Positions 12,331 to 25,284 of a stretch of DNA of 64,000 nucleotides are shown piece after piece. Position 1 is the first letter of the stretch; each line of letters starts with the position of its first letter. Origin of the DNA: Laetmonice hystrix (Eukaryota). The notes under the pieces were generated by a model. The model was not told where the DNA came from and made no database searches. It worked only from the letters and a program-made list of their open reading frames with translations. The DNA is taken from contig OZ249447.1 in the NCBI GenBank assembly GCA_965235115.1, positions 18,352,001 through 18,416,000 on the forward strand, read 5' to 3'. Made by a program: the position numbers and the translations under genes.

Positions 12331-14299
12331 TTCCATGCTCCATCATTAATTTAACATTGTCACCAATGGTTGCAGGTTACTGTTAACATAGCACCCACCT
12401 CCTGATGACTCACCCACTCCACGCGACTCTATCCTCCATGGTAGATTTATTACCATATTTAGACCTGGTTTTCGCAGGGTGAGGTTAACGAAGATTTAAG
12501 TTGTTCCATGTTTCGCTAAGAGTTAGAAGCGCTGGGAATCGACTCGAGTCACGAACAGTCCCTCGTCATGGCTGTTGCTATCACACATGGTTATAATCAA
12601 TGCGGCTCTCAGCCTAATCCCGAGTGTCAGCCGTGTCATATACAATGTACAATAATAACCGGGGCAATTGAAGTTAGACTAAATAGCCATTTGTCGGTCA
12701 AACGGCAGACCTGGCTGCCTCAATTTGATGGGAATGATTATTGATTGAAAATTTATAACACTATTAATAATGCGCGTATTTTGATGGAGTGTTATTACTA
12801 TAGGAGGCGAGTTTATAATTTGCGAATTCGCATTAGTTTATGTCTATTTCATTGCTTTTAAGACGTATACGTACGTACATAAGGTAGGGAGGAAGACTGG
12901 CAAGTGAAAATAATTGAGTTAGTAAATCAAAAATTGACCCACCTCTGTCAGCTCTATGATGACCGCATCCCAACCATGATCATGATAGGATCTGGGCGAA
13001 TAAAAACGGTACCCAGCATTCAAGGGAAGCGGGTGGTAAATACAAAATTGAAACATTTAAAAGAGCAACAGCTACAGTTTCAGTTTGCTAATTATACCAA
13101 AGGCTTGGAGAAAATGGTATTTTGTATTATAACGTTGTTGAATGGATGAATTCTTGCGTAAAGGGCGCAGGCGTAATTTAAAAGAGTTAAAGAGATTCCC
13201 ACGTATATGCAAGTAACCAGAACAGATACAAAGGGCAATTTCACATGTCTAACTGTAAGGGTTGTCCTTTAAATAATTTTGAGCCACAAGAGTCTGGTTA
13301 ATCATTAAACTGTTGTATCCTGCTATAACTTTGTTTTTCCGGGACTCAACCCATTTCAGATTCCATAAGCGATGTACATACATGGCGAATATATGCACCC
13401 CCAGTGTCCCCTCCGAGGGGAGATTTACTCAGAGGGTTGTTAGTGAATTAGCCAAGGAAGATTGATGAAGCCAGGCCGATATTGGGTGAGCATCAGGAGA
13501 GGACTGGCTGTAGGGGACAGCCTGTAATAGACCACGTGATAAATGACCACGGTCTAATGAATAAATGGGCAGAAATGGACTCCAACTGTTATTGGTTGAA
13601 GGAGGGGAAAGGGAGGAAAAAAAGAGAATAGTCTGGCGCGTTAATTAATGGAGCCTGTGGAACTCTTTCTGGCGAACTATTCGTTCAGGTTGCAGTCAGA
13701 GGTCCTGCTGTTGCAGAGGTATGATGGCAGTTCAAGATGCGTCAATTTCTTTTAGCCTATGATTTTGTGTTTACTTTTCCCCCGGAAAACCAGAGAAAAA
13801 CTCGTTGCACTTATTATTGGCGTACATGTTTGAATTGGATGGGTTCCACGTGTAGCGGCTTGCAGTCGTCAAATAAACTGGATGATTAATCGCTCCATCA
13901 GTACAAAAGTAAAAACAGACATAGGCTTGTAGGACGTTTGGGTCTCTTCCTGGCTGTTAGATACCGCCGTGATATTGAAGAGTCCTTTAATTTTTTGATA
14001 AGTCTCATCCCTCCTCCCCAGACGTGTGGGGAGTGGCCAAGCTCTCATTGTTTACCTCGTCCTGGAGTTTAGGAAGAGGTTCCAGACCATGCAGGACAGC
14101 AAGGTAAAGCTTGGAGAATCTAGCGAGGGAAGATAAGATAGTTTCGTATTCCTTGTACTCCACACGGGTGGGCGCTCGGCTCAAGGCCAGGGTGGTGCCC
14201 AGCGATTTATACGCTGTCGGAAACCTACCTTGGAATCGGTATTAAAAATGCAAGAAATAAAAGGACAATGTTAGATATACTCGAAAAAAAAGCACCTTC

Positions 14300-14960
14300 C
14301 AGATTTAAAACAATACCATGAGATTGGATCTCTGAGAAAAAGTGGAAAGGAGTCAAGTTGAAAATTGGGAGCACAAATGCGCCCTCTCCCCCAGGAACAG
14401 CACATTGGGAAGGTGTTTGAGGTAAAAGATTTGGTAAGACCGACTAAAGATGGAGCGTTGTAACAAATTGAGCGAAATCCAGTACATAAAGTAAGTGGGC
14501 AGCTTCATGGAGCCACGGTAGAAGATGCCGGCAGAAATGATATCAAAGGTGGCAGCGCTGTACGCAAAGCAGCAGGTGGCATTGAGGGGCAGGCCTGGGT
14601 CAGAGTTGGGGTCAGGTCATGACAGGACTGACTGCCAGGGTCAGCCAGGAATTTGGCCATTCCTCACGTTGTGTTTGTTTAATGCGGACTCTTGAGTCGG
14701 TTTGCTTGGATGGATGGTACTGACCCAGGAAAACCCTGGGGAGGAGGGGTCCGTGACCAGAGGTCTCTCTCTCTGGAAGCTAGAGCACGTATCTCTGCAT
14801 CTCCAGGCCAGACCTAGGACGCTGGGGGTTGTCTCTTCAGGACCATAGGCTGTCCATGAGCAGGGGGTGGTTGGGGTGGGGTAGGGGTAGGTCATCAGGT
14901 ACTCCGACAGCTGACTGCAGGTCGAGTCCTCGATCAGGGGGAAGAAGTTCAGGCCAGCAT
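14300..14960 (-). mobile_element. Possible Bel/Pao pol remnant (RT-RNase H junction)
   Basis: NAGLNF...SVLGLAWRCRDT...KPTQESAL matches the order AGFNL...KVLGLxW..D...PTKR; frameshifted downstream. Confidence 0.4.
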
Positions 14961-15777
14961 TATTACAAATTTACTTGCTGTCTCTGTTGGTATTAATATC
15001 ATTTGTCTGGTATATCTATAACGTTGGTGATCTTGTTGAAGTATAAACCCCTACTCAACGGAGAATTGGGATGCCGGTAATTTTTCATTGTCAGGTACTG
15101 CAGTGAAGGTAGTGTCTGGTGGCTGCTGTGATAACATGGGGCGGGATTCCCGAGTCAAGAGGAGTCCCATCTGGGAGCAGTGCTTGATTTTAATAACACT
15201 GAGACATGACTCAGCTGGTGGCAATGTTAGGGACACGATGACACAAGTACAAAATACATACAGTAATATCTCAAGTTGCGCTACGGTTCCAAAAGATGCT
15301 TTGAGATAGTGTGGGTTGTTAATATGGGCCTATTTCGTGAGGTGTGTTCCGAGAAAAGAGTACTACTCTTCAAGTGACTCACTGTCGTAAAGCTCAGCCC
15401 AGCTGGAGAGAAAGAGCGAATGAAGTTCAGATTTCCAGTGACTTGAAAGGAAACGCATCGATTAAGTCGGTAAAGGGCTGTAGGATGGAGCGTTTACGAA
15501 ATGTCTCTTGTACCTTGTACATCCATATGATGCATCTAAGAAACATTTCGTCGATATTAAACGTTGGATTGCACCAACTATACGCGTATGTGGGCCGTAA
15601 ACCTTGCAGTCGGTGTTTAGACCAGATTGTCCCAGAGGAAATTGTTAAACTATAAACACACGTGTAGGGGTGCGTGGGGCTGCACTGCATGCTGGCCGGT
15701 CGGGCTCCTGCTGCCCGCCATCCAGGATGTACCCGGCCATATGCTGGGCATAACAACCCGCCCACTTCTGACCTCTC

Positions 15778-15888
15778 GGGCCGTTTTTAATTTTTTTTCT
15801 TAAACTAAAGCTTAAGTTTCTGATTGGCTAGTAGTCTGCTGCTACCAGCCAATCTGAAGTTTTAGCTTGAAGTTTAAAAAACGGGCCC
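15778..15888. mobile_element. Small palindromic MITE (gggccc-type ends)
   Basis: gggccgtttttaa...ttaaaaaacgggccc with self-complementary interior (ctgattggct/agccaatctg). Confidence 0.7.
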
Positions 15889-15957
15889 TGGATTTTTTTT
15901 CTTCACAAATATCCAAGTTGACCCAATAAAATGCTGTGATTAAAGTGACGACAGAAG

Positions 15958-16083
15958 TTTGTTGAAAGAAGCGAGTCTGTGAGCGTACACTGATAACCTT
16001 CACGAGACAAACCTATATACTTTGTTGAAAGAAGCGAGTCTGTGAGCGTACATTGATAACCTTCACGAGACAAACCTATATTT
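15958..16083. repeat. 63-bp tandem duplication
   Basis: Two near-identical copies of tttgttgaaagaagcgagtctgtgagcg...aaacctata. Confidence 0.9.
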
Positions 16084-16739
16084 TACTGTCACTTATTTTT
16101 CTTGACGTTAATTCCATGACACACACTTATCAGTAAGAGACTTTAAGAAAAAAACCCACTTATTTGTTCGTTTGTTACCGGCAGTTTCAGCTTTCTTTGT
16201 GCAAGGATAATATTTAGGCTAGCTGCTACAATTGTAAACGTTTAATGATGTAACTGTAAGGTCTACTTTGTTAATGAAATATCAGGGCAGACTTTGATAT
16301 TCAGCTGAGACTTTAAATACATGTACTACTAAATTCTCACAATGTAATTTCGGTACCCTATGAGAAAGAAAGTTAGCACTGTAAGTCTGGTAATGCGATT
16401 CTGAGTTTGCTGTCTTTCACCACGATATCTTTCATGCTAAGATCCACATGGATATTATGTGAGTGCTCACTTGAGGCCTGATATCCCCAGGTATAGAACA
16501 GGTGAACGGTAAAAGTCGGTGAGGTTCATAATAAATCCTTTGGGACAGCATTGGGATCCATCCAAGTGCTTGCACATGGGAAGTAATCAGCTAGGCACGG
16601 TACAAGTTGTCTGCCGCACTCGGAGATAGGGACGTTACTTTCTGAAGTAAGACAAGTCGAAGGGCCTGTAACAAGTCTGGTTCAGTACACTGATATTTCA
16701 AGTGTTTTTACGCGGGAACTTCGCCAGTATGAGTCACGT

Positions 16740-17545
16740 TGTAGATTGTTACCAAGGCGCCAGGGATACCTCTCCAGCAGCTTGGGTGATGTTTTTCTAG
16801 CCAGCATCCCTGCTTGAAAATTATAATCATAGCTCAAATGCTTGCACCCTGTGCTGGGTTGTGCCCCCTTTTTTTCGAAGTGGTGGTTTGGTAAACTTTG
16901 GATAGTGTCGCCACGGAAAAGGCAGAGGTAGTAGTAGGAGAGATGCTTCAGAATTTGGACAAAGTGCAATTTATAGGTTGTGGAAAATGATGCCACAACT
17001 GACATTTAAGGGGGCGTTGGCTGGTTAGGCAAGGGCAAGAAGACAAGCTGGAATTCGAATGTCGACGTGGTAGTACATTTGTATATATGGGTTAGCGGGA
17101 CAGCAGGAGAAACTTGGGAATCCTACCAATGAAGCAGTGCAAATGATATTATAATTGATTGACTTAGAGTGGTGTTTTTTTTCTCTCGCCTTTATCGAAG
17201 ACATTGAAAACATGCACCAACAGACAGCATGACAGAGGATTTGATGAGTCTTGTGGGAGTGTCAGTCAGAACGATCCTTTCCCATCAGCGAGTTACCAAG
17301 TCAGCTGGGCTCAGCAGGTTACAATGTGGAAGGCATTATAGCAGCCGCACGCATTGTCACTCAGCACAAGACATGTAGGTCTTCCCGTACGCCATCGTGT
17401 CCCAACTGCTGCGACCTGTTCACTGGACCTCCACACCAAGGGTCCATGTCCCGCCAACTCCAAGCAGGCCCCACTGACTCCAACCAACAACCCTTTCAAT
17501 CTTCATTACATCCAACCAAACTCCACCCACCACTGAGCAACGTCT
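16740..17545 (+). mobile_element. Degenerate CR1-like RT remnant
   Basis: GIPLQQLG (GVPQGSVLG-like), FVYMG, RRH*KHAP..SLVG, VEGIIAAARIVT (LEKVQRRAARFV-like) in correct order. Confidence 0.5.
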
Positions 17546-17825
17546 AAAGAGCTGCCCTGCAGATTTAAAGGTCACTATTGCTGGGTTTCCTTGGGTCTAC
17601 AGGCAGTTGGTTGAGTACATGAGTACTTGGATGGTCTTCAGTGGTATAGTGCAGGAACTGGCTTCCTTCTCCTCTTATGGAGGAAGGGGAAAAGACAGGC
17701 AAAATGATGAACACTGGTTTACAATCAGAATCCCAATTTAAACGTAGCAATTGGGAAATCGTAGGGAGAACCTTTTTCTGCTTTAAAAAAAGTAAAGCAT
17801 GTATATTTGATGCTAGAGTTTCGTT

Positions 17826-18308
17826 TTATTCTTCTGGTACCATGTGGGACACTTGAGTATCAATTTGTCCGTGTTTTTTTTTCAACATACGTGTTTTCCA
17901 ACACTCCAAAGAAGTGTGTAAACGGTGTGATGTCAAAATATATCGTGCGTACAATGTGTACCAGCTTGATCCAGTAAAAAAGGGGGGAAATGTCTCAAGC
18001 AACCTCAATATGTTTGGAAGGTTCCTTGACACCTTGTCAAGTCTGTCTTGAGTACATCTCTCTCTTGACAAAAACAAGAATTGTTGCAGCTTGGGGAAAC
18101 AACGCTGTCGGATCGCATTCAAGGAGGCCAGTAAACCACTTACTATAGACTTAACTTCCACAGTGACAGACTTTATAGTAAGATCCATGCCAGATTGGAA
18201 ACGCTCTACATTTTTCATCGGATTCCCACAAGAAGCTACTGCAAGCCTCCGGCAGATAAAGCACCATGACAGGTTGAGCTGACTTGGAGAAAGAGGAAGC
18301 AGTGTCAT
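17826..18308 (-). mobile_element. Possible P-element/THAP9-like transposase remnant
   Basis: 160-aa ORF contains FLFLSRERCTQDRLD, similar to the L(S/T)..F.QD.LE motif; single motif only. Confidence 0.2.
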
Positions 18309-18378
18309 AGTGTCAGTCTACTTACAAGTTTGAATCCTTGGAGTGTATCAATCATTATAATTAATTAGAATTTGGAAA

Positions 18379-19600
18379 TCAGGGACAGTGACATCGGTAG
18401 GAGTGTCGCTTGTTTGTCTGTCGACGCAAGTGCTGCAAGGCTTGAGGGGCAGCTGCTGGGGGCGGTATGTAGGTTACCGCGTTATATTTGGCCCAGGGGT
18501 AAAAACTTGGAGCAAAAAATGTTTCTCTACAAGTTGGAGAAGAGCCAGGGCATGGCATTGACCAGACGGTGAGACTTGTAATGCTCATGACTACTTGTTC
18601 GGCAAACAACTTAATTATCCTGTATATAATACCTAACGACATAGACTAAAAAGTCGAAAAGTGCTTTGTTTGAGAATAGTCAGGAACTATTGAAGGTAAT
18701 GCTGTGGAAAGTTTAGTTCCTTACCCTAAGAATTGTTTAAATCTGTTATATTTTATAATCTACCTTTCTCCGTCAGAAACATCTATTCTGTGAATGTTAT
18801 GCTTTTCTGGGGGTTTTTATCATTTATTTTAAAATAAACTCTAAGATCGCCGATGTTCGAGGTCATCTAGAAGCACCAGGATGTTTCCCCACTTTAAAAC
18901 AAAGGAAATATTTGAAGTGTAAGAAAAAAATAGAAGGAAGATAGCAGATGACTATGTAATTACCGGCAATACTTCCTGATAATAAGTTTGCAGACACCAG
19001 CGGACTCGAGGATATTTTTGTTGTAGATGGTCACGTGATGTGTGTTTGACAGATGATAAGTGCTCTGTGGTTGGATCGGACTGACCCCTGGTGGACATGA
19101 TGATGGCAGGGGGCAAACAAGGATGTACCACACTGCCAAAAATTGGGAAATTGTAGCCACCGGGAAGATGGTGTTATGACAACTACCGGGTATATAACAA
19201 TAACTACACAAAAGCGTTGTAATGCTGTGTTTGCTGAGCATTACTTAGCAAACACAACATTAACGTTCGCCTGAATCCAATTTTAAGAAATGGCTCACCA
19301 CCTTACTTTGAATCCTGTTCATATTTAGACGTTCTTCGGGATACAGATCACAGCCATTCAATCCGTCAGAAGAGGGAGTTACTTTCTACTTTGAAATAGC
19401 TTGATGCTTCTTCCAGAGTTGTACTGTCAGTGCCATGGTATCATTCTCAGTGTATCACAGTATCAATGTCGAGGCTCCGGGCCACAACAAACAACTGAGA
19501 GATGTGATACTCTGTTTGTTGGTCCAGCTCAACCACACGCAGATAGGGCCGTATTAATGCAGGAAAGTTGGACCTAAAATCCAATGTATGAACCAATATA
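18379..19600 (-). mobile_element. Degenerate CR1-like RT/3' remnant
   Basis: GPTFLH* (GPLLFL-like) near 19570; SPTCRETFFAPSFYP (CRT..F..SFFP-like) near 18500. Confidence 0.4.
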
Positions 19601-21120
19601 CGACCCAAATGGCTGCGTCAGAATCGATCAGGAAATTACCATGGGCAGCAAAGTATTGTCCCCATCTAGTGTGGAATGCCAGATCAGGAGAATGGTAGTG
19701 GTTTATTGGACAAGTGGAATCATGCTATTGGTTACTGCACAAATGCAGTATTTTTCGTACGTACGTTTCGTACCCTGATAGGGGACAACCATGGCCGTCG
19801 AATAGGAAGTTTGGTAATCGGGTCAAAACAATTTCATTAGAAGGAAAAGCAAGGAGTTATCGTAAAACTTGAAGGCGCTCAGTACCTTTTCTGTTTCAGT
19901 ATTGATCACAGGGACGGCTAGGCCTAGCATGGTCGTGGAGGGCCCCGGGGCGGAAGCGACCTTTCCAAATTACCTACGTCTGGAACACATGTTAGAAAAC
20001 ACAGGGCTGAGGTGATCCAGACTCAAGTAAACTAATGGGTGTGTGTGTGGCTGGGGAAGTGTTTAAAGTGGAGGTTTACTTGTCTGCCCACCTCGCTCCA
20101 CCCCGGTTGTAAAGTGGGGGTGGTACTGGGAGCTTGGTGGTGCTAAAGTGGGGGTACAGCACGGAGAGTGGTCAAAGCTCCACTTGAATCAGAGGAAACA
20201 AAGTTCAAAGCTTCACTGTTCTGTTCTTACCGAAAACCTGTGGTGTCTATAATGCCTCTTGTGTAGGCATAACTGTGGTACGGCCGCCTTTTGGTAGATG
20301 AGACATAGAATGTTTTACAAGTATGAGAATTCGATGAATCTGCAAATATTGTTCTAGGTGTATTTTGATTTTATAAGTGCATAAGTACCATTGTGCCAGA
20401 GTCCCTGAGGCCAGAAACGAGACTTAGGTCATTCCAAATGGAGTACCACTGTTTCAGCCGGCCGAAGCCGTTCCTCCGCGATGTCTGGGACAGATACCGG
20501 AGTTCTTGAATAGAATACTGCAATAGTCGAGCTCACGTCGTCCTCTAGCAGAATTGTGAACGGATCTACCACGTATCTCTCATAGTGGCAGCAACCAGTT
20601 TGTAGGAATGCAAGATTCCAGAGTTCAGACCTCCAACCTGTAGAGTCGAAGGTCCTTCATGACAGGCAAAGTGTGTTTCCATCTGTTCAGCTGCCTACAT
20701 CGGTTTACAAATTATGCCCCAATACCTCCCTCCACCCGTGCCTTTCCTATACCCAGCTGATCTCGCTCAGAGATTGTTGAGACTGAGGATGTAGAAGGAC
20801 GTTTGGGGAGGTCGAAGCAGGTCAAAAGGTTGTGACCTAATCGCCTACGTCAAGTAGTGTAGGTTTGGGTTGGGTTGGTGCCAAGTAGTCTTTCAATGAA
20901 GAGTGTGAGTGTTTGGAATTGGGGTCCATACTCGTGGGGCAATAACTGTAGATAGTCTGTAAATTGGTAGATAATTATAAGAGACAGGTAATGGAGACAG
21001 GAACGATGAGGTAAGAAAACCCTGCAATTCGCTCACAAACGTCTGGAGGTTTGATGATTGGGAAGTTCTAATGATTACTAATTGGTGTAATTCTAACGGT
21101 ACACCAAGTTTCAATCTGCC

Positions 21121-21240
21121 AGTGAGCGAGTAGTTGGTGTTTAACGCCCAGTCAGCGGTATTTCAGCTCGAATTTCAGCCGTGACTCGAACTCAGAACCT
21201 TTGGATCAAAGATCCTGTGCTCCAACCACTGTGCCACCCC
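21121..21240 (-). mobile_element. Short tRNA-derived SINE (head joined to tail)
   Basis: Minus strand box A tggcacagtggttggagc, box B gagttcgagtc, 3' end ggcgttaaacaccaactactcgctcact. Confidence 0.7.
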
Positions 21241-21456
21241 TAACCCGCTTTAATCTTCTAAAAATGATGTTCAATAATATTGTCTGTGTTCTTACAAGGG
21301 GAAGGCAATGTGCAGTGCAATTTACAAACAAACAAAATTTATTTGTGGAAATCTAATGATATAGGCAGTGATATTATATCAATGATGTAATACATCATCA
21401 CCGTAGATTATGTTGCCATGGGTACAGTGATAAAGAATGTTCATACTTTGAAACAT

Positions 21457-21497
21457 CTGACCTGACTTAACTGTTTGTTTCTTTGTTTCAGGTATGT
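21457..21497 (+). other. Zero-length exon / candidate recursive splice site (AG 21490-91 | GT 21492-93)
   Basis: CTGAC branch-like motifs, long tract tgtttgtttctttgtttCAG immediately followed by GTATGT. Confidence 0.5.
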
Positions 21498-21949
21498 TAC
21501 TTACGGTTTAGACCTGCTGCTTCACTCTCAGTTAGAGGTAGGAACCCACACAACTATTCTCACATATTTGAAAGGTATTGCATCACGTTACAGTGTCTAG
21601 TAGATTAATAAAGCTTGTAGATCCAGCACAACAAGATCACATACCAGTGAGGGGGACGTTTGGAAATCTAATGTTATCGGCGTCTCGGTGTTTTATTTTG
21701 ACAAAGCCTTGTCAAAATATGGCGTCACATGAAGCTTGAAACATGGTGCCGTTAAAGCCGCCATTGTCAGAGGCACCGTGCCTTTGTGGGAATCCTCTGA
21801 CCCATAATGGTTTCCATTTCATGTGCCTGGCAGGAGGACATCTCAACGACATGCAGAATGTTGATGGATGTCCCAAAACATGATGCTTGCAAAGTCTTAT
21901 TCAGCGTGATACCAGTTGTCGCATGAGACGGCCAACTGATGGCATGTGA

Positions 21950-22330
21950 TAAAAACACTGATGGGGCCGATCTTTAACTTCCCAGTGCCACCCTACAAAC
22001 CCGTTATCATCGTTACAACTGCTTGCAGGCAGTGTTCACAAACTGACCCTTTCCAGCAGTGTCTGGCCCTACTGCAAGAGGTACCATCAACCCCACCCAC
22101 GCCCCTTCTAAAACCAGTTGTTGTCAGTCTTGGTGCCACTTTTCGTCTCCAGCCCAAGTCTCCGTACCAATCTGCTCATCCTTCAAATATTCCACTCAGA
22201 CCATTTCCAGACGATCCCCTTTACGCCATACTGAAGGATATATTGAACTCTACTTAGGGTTCTTGCCTTGGCAGATCAGGCTTTGAAATCTCGCCGATAT
22301 TTTGGCATGGTCAGCACCATAGAATTACCA
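21950..22330 (+). mobile_element. Degenerate LINE RT remnant
   Basis: STQTISRR...YIELYLG (KT..ISR...YLG-like); PAVSGP upstream. Confidence 0.35.
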
Positions 22331-23404
22331 TTTCCTGGATTGCTAACATCAGCTTGCGGATATGAGTCGTTTTAAGTGTCAGCCTTGTCGTTAAGGGAAG
22401 CAATCTAGGCTCGATCAATGGAGCGCCGACCACGCAAATTATAGCCTGCTGCTGGGATGGCATTCTGGCAATGAAACCTTCCAATTGGAGGCTTGGAGTG
22501 AAGGCAGCGGGGATGGAGTTAACAGGTTCTTCAAGTGCGTGGTTGGACTTTGGCGCCCGCCATCATCTCGCAGGTATTCTACCCAGAACCATTGCGGGGT
22601 CTCGGGAGACAAGGCAAAGCTGTGATAATGAGCGACGTCGCTGTGTTCAATGCGTACGCTTTGATTAAAAACGGCGACAAAATTCATACCACGTGATCAG
22701 CGATCAGCCAATGGGTGAGTGGGTAATGAATGGCCGCCGACATCAAAGGAGGCGCGTCCCGCAGACAGGGTAAGAAACATCAGTGGAGTGTGGCAGTCAG
22801 AGTGTGGGGATATTCAACCATCTCTCCAGGGGCCTGGTTGAAAGTATTGTGGAAATGGGGAAAAAATGATTTACTTTGAAATCAGAATTTACTTTGAAAT
22901 AAAGCTGATACAGTTAATTAGAAAATTGAATGACATTAATACCGACATTGTTGAAGTTTGTCAGCTGCGCGCTTAGTCAAGATTTGGAGAAATGGATGGA
23001 GACATTTTCAGGGTTGGATCCCACTGTTGTTGAATCAGCTACATAATGAACTGGAGTTCAAGCACGGAATAATTTCATTCCTGTGCCCAAAACAAGATTA
23101 TGTTTAGAAAACGGAGGTTGATGTTTTCAAGCAGTTTTAAAAGTGTGTTAAGAACCTCAAGTATGTCGTATGTAGTATGAGAGATGTTATTTTAGGTGTA
23201 AAGTGAAGCGTTTGTATGGTTTATCTGGGTTAACGACGATACGTGATATATGGCCTCATGTTACACGCATGTTCTCATGTGTTCTCTGTTAGAGTGTACG
23301 ACTCGGTGCTGTAAGGTGTTTGGAGAGTTCAGCTATGTGTTACACATTATGGCGAGCTAGGTGTTGAGGTGGTGAGCTCGGTGTTATTATGCTGGTTGGT
23401 AATT

Positions 23405-23575
23405 CACGGACGGATCCAGGATTTCGGAAAATGGTGTCGGTGCCAGGGTCCAAGGGGGAGATCTGGCAAAAGGGGGTCCAACATGGCCAATTCAGAAAGT
23501 TCTATGAGAAAAATTGGCACAGGGAGGGGGTGGGGTGTCTTTACCATCCTAACACCCCCCCTGGATTGGCCACTG
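23405..23575. mobile_element. MITE of the CAGTGGCGGATCCAG...CTGGATCCGCCACTG type (copy 1)
   Basis: cggatccaggattt left end, ccctggattggccactg right end. Confidence 0.65.
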
Positions 23576-23811
23576 AGTATGGTGGTAGGACAGGGTGATT
23601 GTTGCTGTCAGTGGAGGTCCACTGATGACAGGGCTTGTTTGTGATGGATGGCAACAGAATGTGTTCTAACTGTGGCAGGGCGGCTGGCAGGGCTGGGCGT
23701 GCTCACTCCCAATGTAGCAACACTGCCCCGCCCACCTCAGTCAGCCACGAGGTGAAGGACAGCGACAGATCAACTGTAAACATTGGCTGACGCAGCCAAC
23801 ACCTAGATATA

Positions 23812-24666
23812 TCGGGTGGATAAAAAAAAACGCCCCGAACTTTAAACTTCAATATTTCAAGAAGTAATGATTGTAATTTAATGAAATTTTTCTTAATATC
23901 AGTTCATGATGTTGTCTCTTAGTTGTTAATGTTACAACTCAATAGCTTGGATAATATTTCCGTGGGGCTAAAAACAAAAATCATTGTACAAAAGCGCAAT
24001 GCCGGCCTAAAGCGAGTGGTAGTCGCACCCTGGCCACTGGCCTCACACTAGAGTAGGTGGTCAATCGGTCCCCCGTTTTCGCTCCATACTGTTCTCAGTC
24101 TCTTTTTTCCATGAGCCAATGCATTTCCTGATCTCTGATAGGGAAATATCTTCCCAACATTGGGAAATACGCAACGTTCTGAACGTGTTGCTAAACGTGA
24201 TAATGATACGATTTCCCTAGAACTTCTCGTTACAGTCACGTCGTCCTAATGTTGCAGTTTCTCTGTAGGGTTTGGCACATTAAACATCTGTTTTTCTCTA
24301 AAAGTACTAGGAATAGCACATATTTTATTATATCTAGTGGTCCAAAACATGATACATATTGTAAAACATGAAAAAACTAAATATTGAATTTTCCTTTACC
24401 CAAGGTACAATGCGGTGAATCAAACAGGTATCAAATTGGACACCTGGCAGCGGCATGATATTTGACCTAATTCCGGCATTGCATTTTTAGACACTGATTT
24501 TAGTTTTTAGCGCCACAGGATTAATATCAAAGCTATTGAGCTGAAACTTTAACATACCAGAGATAATATGATGAAGTGATATTAAGAGAAATTTTGTTGA
24601 ATTATAATGCATAGTTTTTGGAATATTAAAGTTTAAAGTTCGGGGCGTTTTTTTTTATCCACCCGA
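23812..24666. mobile_element. Non-autonomous Tc1/mariner-like element, 855 bp, with about 200-bp imperfect TIRs and TA flanks
   Basis: TA|tcgggtggataaaaaaaaacgccccgaactttaaact...agtttaaagttcggggcgtttttttttatccacccga|TA; homology continues to caatgccgg on both arms. Confidence 0.85.
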
Positions 24667-24795
24667 TATATCTGTAATTATCTGCCGGATAGGTGAGCCG
24701 AACGATAAACCTGCGGAACCAAAGTGTACAATGGTACGTTTCTGGAGGTTTGGGGAGGAAATACTACATGAAGTCAAAATACCTAGTTTTACACT

Positions 24796-25284
24796 TTATG
24801 GAAAATCGGTATATTGCGTCCTTGTCAGAACATGTGGTAGAACAAGTCCAACATGACGTTCGGGATAATATCTATCCGAACGGAATATTAGATTTCTCAT
24901 TGGAGTACATTCACTGTATTTACAGCTCTGTGTCTGTTTCACCAGTAGAAGCCAGAATACTTTCTGTACAAACAGGGCGGGCTGAGTAAGAGGGTGTGGT
25001 TTTTGGTCACCTGCCACAAGCCTAAAAACCAACCCCGCCTGGAAAGGGCAGCGTTGGGCGTGATAGCAGTAAACTGACGGTGGCGGTGAGGGTCTGACAA
25101 GTTCTGATGCATCATCAACATTTATCATTCGAAAGGTGGAACAAAAATGAAAAATTTGAGGGGGGGAGGCGTTGATCAGCAGTAACGACGTCACATCTTG
25201 GTTTGGGAGTTGGTAAAAGTACGTTGGTAAACTGAATGCATCGGTGCAGTAACCATATGCATTTGAGTACCGTGAATGTATCAT
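24796..25284 (-). mobile_element. Degenerate CR1-like RT C-terminal remnant (explains the 162-aa ORF)
   Basis: ASELVRPS (AY..LVRP-like), ALFVQK (LE.VQR-like), YYPERHVGLVLPHVLTR (SY.ERL..L.LP.L..R-like). Confidence 0.5.

Noticed and set aside
15076-15100. Weaker AG|GT fusions (here, and at about 628, 3571, 46305 and 51876)
   Set aside because: Either the donor or the pyrimidine tract is poor; such sites are expected by chance.
15088-15309. ORF with a CC pair and an RVKR furin-like site
   Set aside because: No signal-peptide partner of suitable phase upstream, and the opposite strand looks retroelement-derived.
21163-21240. tRNA gene on the minus strand
   Set aside because: Box A and box B are present but the acceptor, T and anticodon stems do not pair properly, and a SINE-type tail follows.
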